A stretch of 26,604 nucleotides of DNA from Candidatus Poribacteria bacterium. Lineage in GTDB: Bacteria; Poribacteria; WGA-4E; UBA9662. Under the pieces are notes generated by a model, which saw only the letters and a program-made list of their open reading frames with translations, did not search any database and had not been told where the DNA came from. The position numbers were made by a program, and so were the translations under genes. Below are positions 9,339 through 17,985 of the stretch, in pieces (positions within the stretch are counted from its first letter, which is position 1; each line of letters opens with the position of its first letter). The DNA is taken from contig JAYGDX010000088.1 in assembly GCA_046582655.1 (NCBI GenBank), positions 1-26,604 on the forward strand, in the 5' to 3' direction.

Positions 9339-10508
9339 ATGCGATGTATCATCAATACGAGCATGATTGCCGATATTCCGTGGGATCTTGAAAGACTAAA
9401 AAAAACGCCGCAGGTTGAATGGCTGAATCGAAAAGGAACGGTTCATTCACTTTTGTATGAGGGTGAACCTTTTAAGGGGGATTGTGCAACTCAGGTCTTT
9501 GCTTATTATGCATCGCCTGGTACGTTGAATGCCAATCCGGAACTTGATCGGGATCTGCCAGCTATAGTGTTGGTGCATGGTGGTGGTGGTACAGCTTTCG
9601 ACCAATGGGCACGAAAATGGGCTGCTGACGGCTACGCAGCAATAGCAATGGATCTCAACGGCGGTAGGCCGAAAGGGGGAACGTTTTCAAACAGCGGTCC
9701 AGCTATGGACCATCCAAATATATTCCATGCCATGGATTCCTCCAGAGACCAACACTGGTGTTATCACGGGGTGGCTAATGTGATTCGAGCCCATTCGCTA
9801 ATCCGTAGTTTTCCTGAAGTTGATGACGGCCGAACTGCCATTACTGGTATCAGTTGGGGAGGTTTCCTAACCTGTATCGTTTCGGGATTAGATGATCGGT
9901 TCAAGGCAGCGATACCGGTTTACGGATGTGGATATATCCATGAAAATGGTCCTTGGCTGCCTGAGTTTGAAGTTATGACAGATGAACATAGGAATCAATG
10001 GATTAAGATGTATGATCCCTCTCAATATCTCGGCTATTGCAACACTCCCATATTTTTCGTTAATGGCACCAATGATTTTGCCTATTTACCAGATATTTAC
10101 GATCAATCTTATTGCTTGGTTAAAGGCAAACGTAACTTTCAAATCACTCTTGAGATGGGGCATGGACACCAACAGGGATGGGCACCTAAGGAAATTGAGA
10201 TGTTTGTCTCGCAATACTTGACAGATGGCACACCGCTACCAGTGATTCACTCTCCCACGGCCTATCCTGACCACCGACTTGTTGCATCCGTCTCAACGAA
10301 AACGGAACTGCTTTCAGCTAATTTACACTATACTAAGGATACCGGTCCCTACCCTGAACGGATGTGGGATACGGTTCGCGTGGAGATAGCCGATAATATA
10401 ATTGTCTCTAATATAGTAACGGATCAAAAGCACATATCAATTTTGACTGTGACGGACGAAAGAAACGCTGTTGTTTCTAGTCAGTTTATGTTCAGTGTAC
10501 ATACATAA
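9339..10508 (+). CDS. Alpha/beta-fold serine hydrolase (acetylxylan esterase / dienelactone hydrolase-like)
   Basis: VLVHGGGG oxyanion region, GISWGG nucleophile elbow, NGTND acid and MGH His. The true start may be the downstream ATG (MIAD...). Confidence 0.85.
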   Translation: MRCIINTSMIADIPWDLERLKKTPQVEWLNRKGTVHSLLYEGEPFKGDCATQVFAYYASPGTLNANPELDRDLPAIVLVHGGGGTAFDQWARKWAADGYAAIAMDLNGGRPKGGTFSNSGPAMDHPNIFHAMDSSRDQHWCYHGVANVIRAHSLIRSFPEVDDGRTAITGISWGGFLTCIVSGLDDRFKAAIPVYGCGYIHENGPWLPEFEVMTDEHRNQWIKMYDPSQYLGYCNTPIFFVNGTNDFAYLPDIYDQSYCLVKGKRNFQITLEMGHGHQQGWAPKEIEMFVSQYLTDGTPLPVIHSPTAYPDHRLVASVSTKTELLSANLHYTKDTGPYPERMWDTVRVEIADNIIVSNIVTDQKHISILTVTDERNAVVSSQFMFSVHT

Positions 10509-10610
10509 CACAGGGTAAAATAAACTCAATTATAGCAGATTTGTTCAAAGCTAAGATTTTGATGGGCCAAAATCAAGTTCCAATAACTATGTGATATAAG
10601 GAGTAATCAA

Positions 10611-11882
10611 ATGCACAAGAAATTTTCTTCCGGCTTTAATCGGCTGGTTGATTCACTTCAGATGATAGTTTTCACTTTCCTGTTCCTAGATTGTTATGCC
10701 GGAATGGTCTATTCACAGTGGTTGCAATGGGGTGGACCAGAACGAAACTTTAAGGTCGATTCAACGCAACTCAAAACGGTTTGGACTGAAGAGGGACCAG
10801 AGCAGCTGTGGAAACGTCAAATGGGGGGAGGATATTCAGCAATTTGTGTTGATCAAGACACTTTATACACCATGTACCGTCGTGGAGATGAGGACGTTGT
10901 GATCGCCCTGAGTGCCGGCAACGGAGAAACGCTGTGGGAATACGCTTATACCTCACTTCCATGGCAGGAGTTTAGTAAGCAGTATGGTCCGGGACCTCAT
11001 GCCACACCATTGATTGTTGAAAATTATATTTATGCCATCGGTTTCCGGACGGAACTGACCTGTTTAGATAAAAAGAATGGTCAAAAAGTCTGGTCACGCA
11101 ATTTGTGGGATGAATATGGTGCCCAACCAGGTAACCGTGGCTATGCTTCCAGTCCGATGGCGTACAAAGATTTGCTGATCGTGCTTGCTAGTGGTAAAGG
11201 TCATGGTGTCATCGCTTTCAATTTGAAAGATGGGCAACCGGCTTGGAAGAGCCAGGATTTTATCAACTCGTATTCGTCTCCCATTGTTATCAATGTGGAT
11301 GGGCAAGATCAACTTATTGTTTTTGTGGAGACACAGGTTGCAGGTCTGGATCCAAATACCGGTGACTTGTTGTGGCGGCATACGCATAACACCAAGCATC
11401 AGATACATGCCTCAACCCCGATTTGGGGAGAAGACAATATCCTGTTTATTTCTTCTGCCTACGATGCTGGAAGCCGTGCGCTTCACCTTTCTCGTCGGAG
11501 TGGAGAAACTGTGGTTAAGGAATTATGGTATAACAAAAAAGTTAAAGTCCAGCATGGGTCAGCCGTGCGGATTGGAGAGACTATATACGCTTCCAGCGGT
11601 CAGGGCCCTGCCTTCCTAACCGCAGTTACGGTTAAAACCGGAGAGATTACTGCTAAACAACGAGGGTTTGCTAAAGCCAATCTGATGATGGCTGGAAACC
11701 AGATGATTGTTCTTGATGAAGCTGGTCAACTGGCAATTGTCGATGCCAGCCCTAGCGGTTTTGAAGTGCAGGCGCAGGCTCAGGTACTGACCTCACGTTC
11801 CTGGACTGTACCCACCTTAGTAGGAACAAAACTCTACCTTCGCGACATGAAAGAGATCTTGGCCTTAGATCTAAGTCCCTAG
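10611..11882 (+). CDS. PQQ-binding-like beta-propeller repeat protein (BamB-like, probably exported)
   Basis: Hydrophobic N-terminus, then W-x-QWGGPERN. Repeated A/G-L-D/N-xxxG-xxxW propeller motifs, YASSP, YSSP, and a WTVPTLVGTKLYLRD C-terminus. AAGGAG ribosome-binding site. Confidence 0.88.
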   Translation: MHKKFSSGFNRLVDSLQMIVFTFLFLDCYAGMVYSQWLQWGGPERNFKVDSTQLKTVWTEEGPEQLWKRQMGGGYSAICVDQDTLYTMYRRGDEDVVIALSAGNGETLWEYAYTSLPWQEFSKQYGPGPHATPLIVENYIYAIGFRTELTCLDKKNGQKVWSRNLWDEYGAQPGNRGYASSPMAYKDLLIVLASGKGHGVIAFNLKDGQPAWKSQDFINSYSSPIVINVDGQDQLIVFVETQVAGLDPNTGDLLWRHTHNTKHQIHASTPIWGEDNILFISSAYDAGSRALHLSRRSGETVVKELWYNKKVKVQHGSAVRIGETIYASSGQGPAFLTAVTVKTGEITAKQRGFAKANLMMAGNQMIVLDEAGQLAIVDASPSGFEVQAQAQVLTSRSWTVPTLVGTKLYLRDMKEILALDLSP

Positions 11883-11935
11883 ACCACGATGCGGAAAAGT
11901 TTCTGGAATTAACACTAGGTAATAGGAGGTTAACC

Positions 11936-12256
11936 ATGATGAAGGAAGTGGATTGGATCACTCGATGGCTGGAAGATGAAAGCAATATCGATCTTAAGGC
12001 CTTGGAACAGCAGCTGCAATCAGAGGGTTTCAACGTTTATCAGTGGCGTGGCAATCCTAGTCAATCTTACCTGGATTATATTCACACGCAGGACGAAGTT
12101 GTATGTGTCTTGTCTGGGACAGCTGATGTCTCGGTTTCTGGCCAAGCAGGGAAAGTTCTCCCAGGTGATCGTTTGGATGTACCAAAAAACGCGTACCACT
12201 CCATTATAGTAACCAGTGATCAACCGCTGGTCGTCTTGACAGGGATGCGTCCGTAA
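11936..12256 (+). CDS. Cupin domain protein
   Basis: 106 aa. YIHTQDEVVCVLSG (cupin motif 1) and PGDRLDVPKNAYHS (motif 2). AGGAGG ribosome-binding site. Confidence 0.85.
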   Translation: MMKEVDWITRWLEDESNIDLKALEQQLQSEGFNVYQWRGNPSQSYLDYIHTQDEVVCVLSGTADVSVSGQAGKVLPGDRLDVPKNAYHSIIVTSDQPLVVLTGMRP

Positions 12257-12272
12257 CAAAAGTTGACCAAAG

Positions 12273-12992
12273 ATGACAATTGCTCATAGCCAAGAGACAC
12301 TGGTCCAAGATCTCAGAGGGTTGGGCATAGAGGCTGGAACTACCATCTTTATTCATTCGTCATTCAAAAGTCTGGGTCCTGTGACAGGTAGGGCAGGTAC
12401 AGTTATTAGTGCCTTCAAAGATGTGGTCGGTTCGGAAGGGCTGATACTGATGCCCTCTTTTAATCTGGTTGAAAAACGCGCTGAGACCTGGGATATCGAA
12501 ACCACCCCGTCGACAGTAGGGTGGCTGACCGAATTTTTCAGGCAAATGGATGGCACATTCCGTTCTGATCACTATTCTCACTCCGTAGCTTCCAGCGGCA
12601 AGAAAGCCTCCGATTTTGTGGCCGATCACCTTAGCCAGAAAGGATACCAATCCCCGTGGGATCTTCAACCGTGGGGCAGAACATATGGTTCTCAATCACC
12701 GATGTACAGAGCTTATCAGCAAGATGGCAAGTTGTTGATGCTTGGGGTTGACTACCAATCCTCAACCTACATCCACTTGGTAGAAGTTATTTATTGGAAT
12801 CAAAGGCTTGGTGCGAATCCAGATGCTCCTTACGTAGCGTTGGACAGACTTTCGCTGGGCCAGTTTTGGGATGAATCAGGGAAGCTAACTCGAGGTCGGG
12901 TAGGCAACGCTAACTGTCGATTTTTCAATATTAGAAACTACGTTGATTCTTTATTGGAGGAAGTTAAGTCCAATCCGTCTCCATACGTCTGA
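12273..12992 (+). CDS. AAC(3) family (aminoglycoside 3-N-acetyltransferase-like / YokD-like) acetyltransferase
   Basis: DLRGLGI, IFIHSSFKSLG, LMPSFN, TPSTVGWLTEFFR, RSDHYSHSVA and LMLGVDYQSSTYIHLVE motifs of the Antibiotic_NAT family. Substrate unknown. Confidence 0.9.
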   Translation: MTIAHSQETLVQDLRGLGIEAGTTIFIHSSFKSLGPVTGRAGTVISAFKDVVGSEGLILMPSFNLVEKRAETWDIETTPSTVGWLTEFFRQMDGTFRSDHYSHSVASSGKKASDFVADHLSQKGYQSPWDLQPWGRTYGSQSPMYRAYQQDGKLLMLGVDYQSSTYIHLVEVIYWNQRLGANPDAPYVALDRLSLGQFWDESGKLTRGRVGNANCRFFNIRNYVDSLLEEVKSNPSPYV

Positions 12993-13040
12993 TAAATTAC
13001 GTTTGAGAATACAGTTGTTAACGCTTCCTTGATTCCTGTT

Positions 13041-13796
13041 TTAGTTGACAGGATCCTCCAGTAATTTTTTCAATAGTGGCAATTGATTCTTATAGGCAGT
13101 AACAGTTGAATTGTCAGCAGTATTATCTTCCGGATGTGGTGTCGGATTGTTCCAACCCTGATAATGTCCACCCCACAGATGGCGTAGCCCATCGGAACTC
13201 CCACGTCTGGAGCAATGCCAGACCGCCGTGTCAAAAATCACTGCCGAGCCGGATGGGATTGATACTGTCCCTTGGCCTTCCCACTCGGCTTTAGCTTCTC
13301 CCCCACTATCGGTTAGGGCATTTAGACTTCGCGGCAAAACAATCAACGGTCCGACCTCGGGCATTGTTCCGTCTACGTAGACGTTACAGAGAACTCGTTC
13401 GGCGTTATGGCGCTGTAGACCTGTTTCAGGTATCTGCCAAGAATAATGGTTGTGCCAACCAGTCAGAACCGGAGATACCAAGGCATTGTTGAACACAGCG
13501 GCACCGCTATGCGCAAGCCGAACATCATCGTCAAACACCTCTGCCATCAGATCCACCAGAACAGGTTTAGCATAAAAAGGTGCCATCTCCGGTCCCCACT
13601 CTAAGAGCGGATGAAAGCCAATCGTCGACTGCTCGACAGAGAATCCCCCTTTTTTGTGGCATAGTCCCTTAAATATAGTCCGCATCTGTGCACATTCTTG
13701 TTCATCATAGACTGACTCGATAACACAGTAGCCCTGTTCTGATACTTGGCCTACTTTCGATTTTAAATCCAACATAGTGGTCTCCTTCAATGTCAT
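13041..13796 (-). CDS. PhyH-like dioxygenase with atypical HxH iron motif
   Basis: EQGYCVIESVY, GWHNH, NVYVD...GPLIVLPRS, GSAVIFDTAVWH and distal R (LRH) match the PhyH layout. The start may be the second Met (AAGGAG upstream of MLDLK). Confidence 0.8.
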   Translation of the reverse strand: MTLKETTMLDLKSKVGQVSEQGYCVIESVYDEQECAQMRTIFKGLCHKKGGFSVEQSTIGFHPLLEWGPEMAPFYAKPVLVDLMAEVFDDDVRLAHSGAAVFNNALVSPVLTGWHNHYSWQIPETGLQRHNAERVLCNVYVDGTMPEVGPLIVLPRSLNALTDSGGEAKAEWEGQGTVSIPSGSAVIFDTAVWHCSRRGSSDGLRHLWGGHYQGWNNPTPHPEDNTADNSTVTAYKNQLPLLKKLLEDPVN

Positions 13797-13872
13797 ATTT
13801 GCGATTGACAGCTTCTTCTAGAACGAACGTCCATTACATTATCACGACGTAGAATTTCTATTGCCAGTCTGC

Positions 13873-14673
13873 CTATTTCGACAGAAAAATCGGCAAGTTG
13901 TTCTCCAGATTATTGACAGAACGGTATTCATCTTCCATACCGCATAACCAGTAAAACATCTCGGCAACGTCATTGATGGTTCGATGGTGTTCACGGTGAA
14001 AATAAAATCCAGGTTGTGCATGTTTGGCGTCTTGGGGTTGAAAGTTCTGTTCCCGAATCCAGTCGCGTTCAGGAGGTACTGTTCTTTTGTACCAATATTT
14101 TATCAGATTGCGGACTTCGCCAGTTGTGGATGAAGTCCGACGGTGCCAGATGCTGTAGGCAGTCAAAAAAATTGAACCGGCAGGAGCTACCGTTAAAACT
14201 GTCCCTCGGATATCACCGTAATGTCTCATCCAAGGTTGCAAACTAAAGAGAAGGTGTGAACCAAGTAAAAACTCGGTAGGTCCCAGCTCTTTAGGCGTAT
14301 CTTGTGGCAAGTAAAATACCTGCAGACAATCCAAGTTAGGCTTGTGTGTAGAACCGCCATCATTATGCCAACCATTGGTTATCTGAGTGGGGCCCTGAAC
14401 GCGATGGTTTCCAACAGCCATTGGATATGTAAAGTCTCTACCCAGCAAGGACCGTATCGGCCCGATGACTCGAGGGTTTAGTGTCACATTCTCAATATAC
14501 CAATCCTCTGCCGCAGGTATTGCTCCATTATGTTGATCGCAATATTGAAAGACACGTTTATTAATTTCGTCTGGAACAATCGCGTCCAACCTGAGCAAAC
14601 CAGTTTTGCAAAACTCTAGGACCTGATTATCTGTTAGCGTTGGTGGACAATCATGCGTGAGATCCATTTCCAT
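13873..14673 (-). CDS. PhyH-family Fe(II)/2OG dioxygenase
   Basis: LTDNQVLEFCKTG, GWHND (HxD), FYLPQDTPKELGPT..GSH, AGSIFLTAYSIWHR and distal R (VRN). Confidence 0.85.
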   Translation of the reverse strand: MEMDLTHDCPPTLTDNQVLEFCKTGLLRLDAIVPDEINKRVFQYCDQHNGAIPAAEDWYIENVTLNPRVIGPIRSLLGRDFTYPMAVGNHRVQGPTQITNGWHNDGGSTHKPNLDCLQVFYLPQDTPKELGPTEFLLGSHLLFSLQPWMRHYGDIRGTVLTVAPAGSIFLTAYSIWHRRTSSTTGEVRNLIKYWYKRTVPPERDWIREQNFQPQDAKHAQPGFYFHREHHRTINDVAEMFYWLCGMEDEYRSVNNLENNLPIFLSK

Positions 14674-14926
14674 ACTCCCATTGATCTTAAGTTACAGGTG
14701 GTCACTACCTATATTCCCCAAATATTATACTATATAATTTCTTACTTGAATTTTAATCAAGTTATTCTCGGTCGACTTTCAAGAGAAGTCAAAATCTGGT
14801 ATCTTGCGCAACAAATGGAATTCAGTTAGAATCTGTGGCAGAGAATATTGACAGCTGTTTGCATCTTGATTGATTTGGTGATAGTTAATAAAAGTCCGAA
14901 GGATAAATTAAAACAGGGAGAATCCG

Positions 14927-15832
14927 GTGAAAAATGCCTTTCTGAGGTGGTGGGGATGTGGGGCCTTCGACGTTGTTTTAGGTGATGTTAATTTCGCTTT
15001 TGATCCCTATCTTTTTGGTCAGAACTTAGAGAGGATTGAGCCGTGTTATGACTATATTTTTATCAGTCATGAGCATTTCGACCACTGTCACCCAAAAACA
15101 TTGCAAAAACTTTGTCGGGGAGAACGCTTTAAGAAATTGTTTGTCAACCCAGGTTGTATTACTCCAGCTCTTCCGATTGATGAGAAGTACGGTGATGCGG
15201 CTTTCGATCGCGATCTGCCCATTACCAAGCATGTTCCGCCCGAAAAGGTCGAGGTCTTGTATCCGAAGTATCTACAGGATGATGGGCAATGGAACCGTAA
15301 ATTTCGCGGCCCCTTCGAATTAGATCTTGATTCCTTGCATGTAGAAGCCATTGAAAGCGGAGAGAACCAAACACCAGATATACCTACCTGTGGTTACTTG
15401 GTTACTCATAAAGAAAAGAAGATTTCATTTCTACATACAGGTGATTTACATCAACCGTACCCTGCCTTACGAGAATTGCGTGACAAAGTCGACTTTTTCA
15501 TTCATATGAAACTCGGGCTAACTGAGTGGCAGGGATCAAATTTAACCGATCGATTAGTGGAGATTGTCGAACTGGTACGACCAAAATATTTTATTCCAAC
15601 CCATTATCGGACCGATAGAATAGCTGATCCCATTCCAGAAGGACACTGGCCTCCGAATGTTACCGATACCTGTGCATTCATCGAATCGATCCGGGAAGCG
15701 ATAGGAGAACAAACACAGATTTTACCCTTCACTGCTGGAATTGAGTATGAACTTGAAATGCCTGATAAAAAGGTCATCTGGAAATGGAATTGGCACAATT
15801 CGTGGACTGTCCCCCCATGGAGAGAAAGATAA
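14927..15832 (+). CDS. Metallo-beta-lactamase-fold hydrolase (UlaG-like)
   Basis: FDPYL, ISHEHFDHCH (HxHxDH), LHTGD and IPTHY. GTG start with GGGAG upstream. Confidence 0.88.
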   Translation: MKNAFLRWWGCGAFDVVLGDVNFAFDPYLFGQNLERIEPCYDYIFISHEHFDHCHPKTLQKLCRGERFKKLFVNPGCITPALPIDEKYGDAAFDRDLPITKHVPPEKVEVLYPKYLQDDGQWNRKFRGPFELDLDSLHVEAIESGENQTPDIPTCGYLVTHKEKKISFLHTGDLHQPYPALRELRDKVDFFIHMKLGLTEWQGSNLTDRLVEIVELVRPKYFIPTHYRTDRIADPIPEGHWPPNVTDTCAFIESIREAIGEQTQILPFTAGIEYELEMPDKKVIWKWNWHNSWTVPPWRER

Positions 15833-15972
15833 TATTTTTTGGACTGGATAACTAATAGTGAAGAAGAACATGACAAAGACCATTGAGAATAAAGGCGATG
15901 ATCCAAGACTAAAGTAGGACGCTATGCTATTTAATTACAAATTGCGGTTTTTTGATTTGAAAGGAACTTATT

Positions 15973-16891
15973 ATGATTGCCGGAAAAGTTTTAGGTGCAT
16001 ATGCTTCTATTGGACAGCTTCCACCAACCGAACAGGCTGAATGGTATCGTAAGGCAACAGGCGAATGGGGAATAGATACATTTGAAATTCCGATTCTGGC
16101 GGGAGTGCCGTTAGCATCAGAAATAGTTGATGTATTAATCGAGGTTGAGGCTTCGCTGGTGGTTACTCTTGTGGCGCAATGGGCTACAGTTGGGCAAAAG
16201 TCTCCAGCATACGGTCTTTCCTCGGTGGAAGAATCGTTCCGTCAAACAGCGATACTGGATGCCTATGCAGTCGCTCAACAATGCCGATCGCTATCTGAGC
16301 GTGGTATTCATATTCGCCATATGGTTTTACACACTGGCCAGCGATGTGGCGAAACTATACCCCATGCTATTGCTTTCTACCGCAGCTTGGTTGATTTGCG
16401 TCAACTAGTTACCGACGCTCTGCCAGACTGCAGGTTGGCAGTGGAAGTGACGGACAGCCTGCCCTCAAACCATCCGATACCTTTTCCAGCGGCGAAAAAG
16501 GCTGCCCTGACGTTAACTTCTCTTATTCAGACCCTGACCACCGTAAATCAAAAAAATGTATCAAGCTATCCTATTCCTTTGATTGTCAACTGGGGACGGC
16601 TTCTAGTTAATGGTACTCCGCCATTATCTGGCATCGAATGTCCATCTGGCTGGCGTAATTCTATCTGGGGCTGGGGCTTCAGAAAACGGGTTTCTGGATT
16701 CGCATAATTCGCATCTTGATCCCGAAAGTGGTTTTGGTACAATGGATGCTAGATCTTGTGCTTCTGTCTTAGAATCAAGTGATGAACCGATATTCGTTGG
16801 CATGAAATGCAGCAATGCAAAAGGACGTGAACAGCTCTCGGTTGCGGAGGTAATGGCTGCTCAAGCGGAATTGCTCGACCAAATCAATTAG
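15973..16891 (+). pseudogene. DUF4862 (YiaX-like) TIM-barrel protein, frameshifted near 16627-16638
   Basis: The first frame has LGAYAS, LVVTLV, YGLSS..E..R, AFYRSL, LAVEVTD and VNWGR. A second frame continues LAGVILSG, FLDSH and FVGMK. Together these follow my recollection of the DUF4862 motif order. A single frame switch separates them. Confidence 0.72.
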
Positions 16892-17094
16892 GGACATTTA
16901 TTAAGTATTCTATGATAATTTCACTTCAGCCTAGCAGGATTGCTATCCTCGTTTTCGTGGTGTCGTCCTGTGTTTGTTGAAAATGACCATGCCTAGTGTC
17001 GACCCACATTGTTGTTAGAAAATATTACCATTAAGAGTCAATGAACAAAAATCGTATCTCATCATTTACCAGAAAAGCTCGGATTCAGCCGTGC

Positions 17095-17122
17095 TTGACA
17101 TTCAGTCTGAAATATGTAACTT
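17095..17122 (+). promoter_or_regulatory. Putative sigma70 promoter for the PhyH-Gfo/Idh/MocA pair
   Basis: Perfect TTGACA (17095-17100), 16-nt spacer, then TAACTT (17117-17122). The spacer begins with the inverted repeat TTCAG-T-CTGAA. Confidence 0.4.
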
Positions 17123-17154
17123 TGTAGGAGGCGCCAACTGATGGAGCTGAAACA

Positions 17155-17949
17155 ATGAAAAAAACTAGCTTGCGATTCCTGACTATTGAACAAGTAAGGC
17201 AATTCAAACTCAACGGGTTTTTAGTGGTTGAAGACGTACTGTCCAAAGATGAGGTTGAAGTGCTAGCTGCACGTACCGATCTCATCGCGGCGAGCAAGGT
17301 CGACCAAGTTCCGGACACTAGTATTCAACTGGAAAAAATCTTCGGTAATGGTGATCGGCTGGTCACCAACCAGATTTTATCAGTGCGCAAACTTTACAAC
17401 TTGGCTGTCTACGATCAAGTGATGTGGCAACACGTTACACACACCAAGATTGTAGATATCATAACTGACCTTCTAGTAACAGACGATATCAAAATGTACG
17501 GGGATCAGCTGTTTATGAAGGCTCCGGAAACTGGAACAGCGCAAGGGTGGCACCAGGATTCAGCTTCATGGCGCGACATTTTCCCCATGGACCTGGTCAC
17601 AGCTTGGACATCTATTGACCACGCGACAGAAAGGAACGGATGCTTGAATTTTGTTCCCGGCACACATCGCTGGGGCATGATGCAATCAAATAGGCTGAAA
17701 CCGTTTTTATCGGATCTTGGTAGTAACCAGTGGCCGATTGTACCCGTGCCTCTACGTCCAGGCAGCATCAGTTTTCACCATAGTCTAACCTTGCACATGA
17801 GCCATGCCAACCATTCCAGCTACCGTCGTCGTGGGTATGCTGTTCACTATATGCGTGCGACTTCATGGCGGGATGAGTCAGTAACCGATGCACCCAAGAT
17901 GCCGCCGTTTAAACAAGTGTGTGGACGTTCATTCCCCGATCGCGTATAG
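17155..17949 (+). CDS. Phytanoyl-CoA dioxygenase family protein (PhyH / ectoine hydroxylase-like)
   Basis: FKLNGFLVVEDVL, DQLFMKAP, GWHQD (HxD), VTAWTSIDHATERNGCLNFVPGTH, PGSISFHHSLTLHMS and RRGY: a canonical PhyH motif set. Confidence 0.93.
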   Translation: MKKTSLRFLTIEQVRQFKLNGFLVVEDVLSKDEVEVLAARTDLIAASKVDQVPDTSIQLEKIFGNGDRLVTNQILSVRKLYNLAVYDQVMWQHVTHTKIVDIITDLLVTDDIKMYGDQLFMKAPETGTAQGWHQDSASWRDIFPMDLVTAWTSIDHATERNGCLNFVPGTHRWGMMQSNRLKPFLSDLGSNQWPIVPVPLRPGSISFHHSLTLHMSHANHSSYRRRGYAVHYMRATSWRDESVTDAPKMPPFKQVCGRSFPDRV

Positions 17950-17985
17950 AATTCTCATATCAAGGGGGCAAACGGAAAGCATAAT

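Noticed and set aside
17155..17949. ectD ectoine hydroxylase
   Set aside because: Lacks the EctD signature (FxWHSDFETWH) and there are no ectABC genes.
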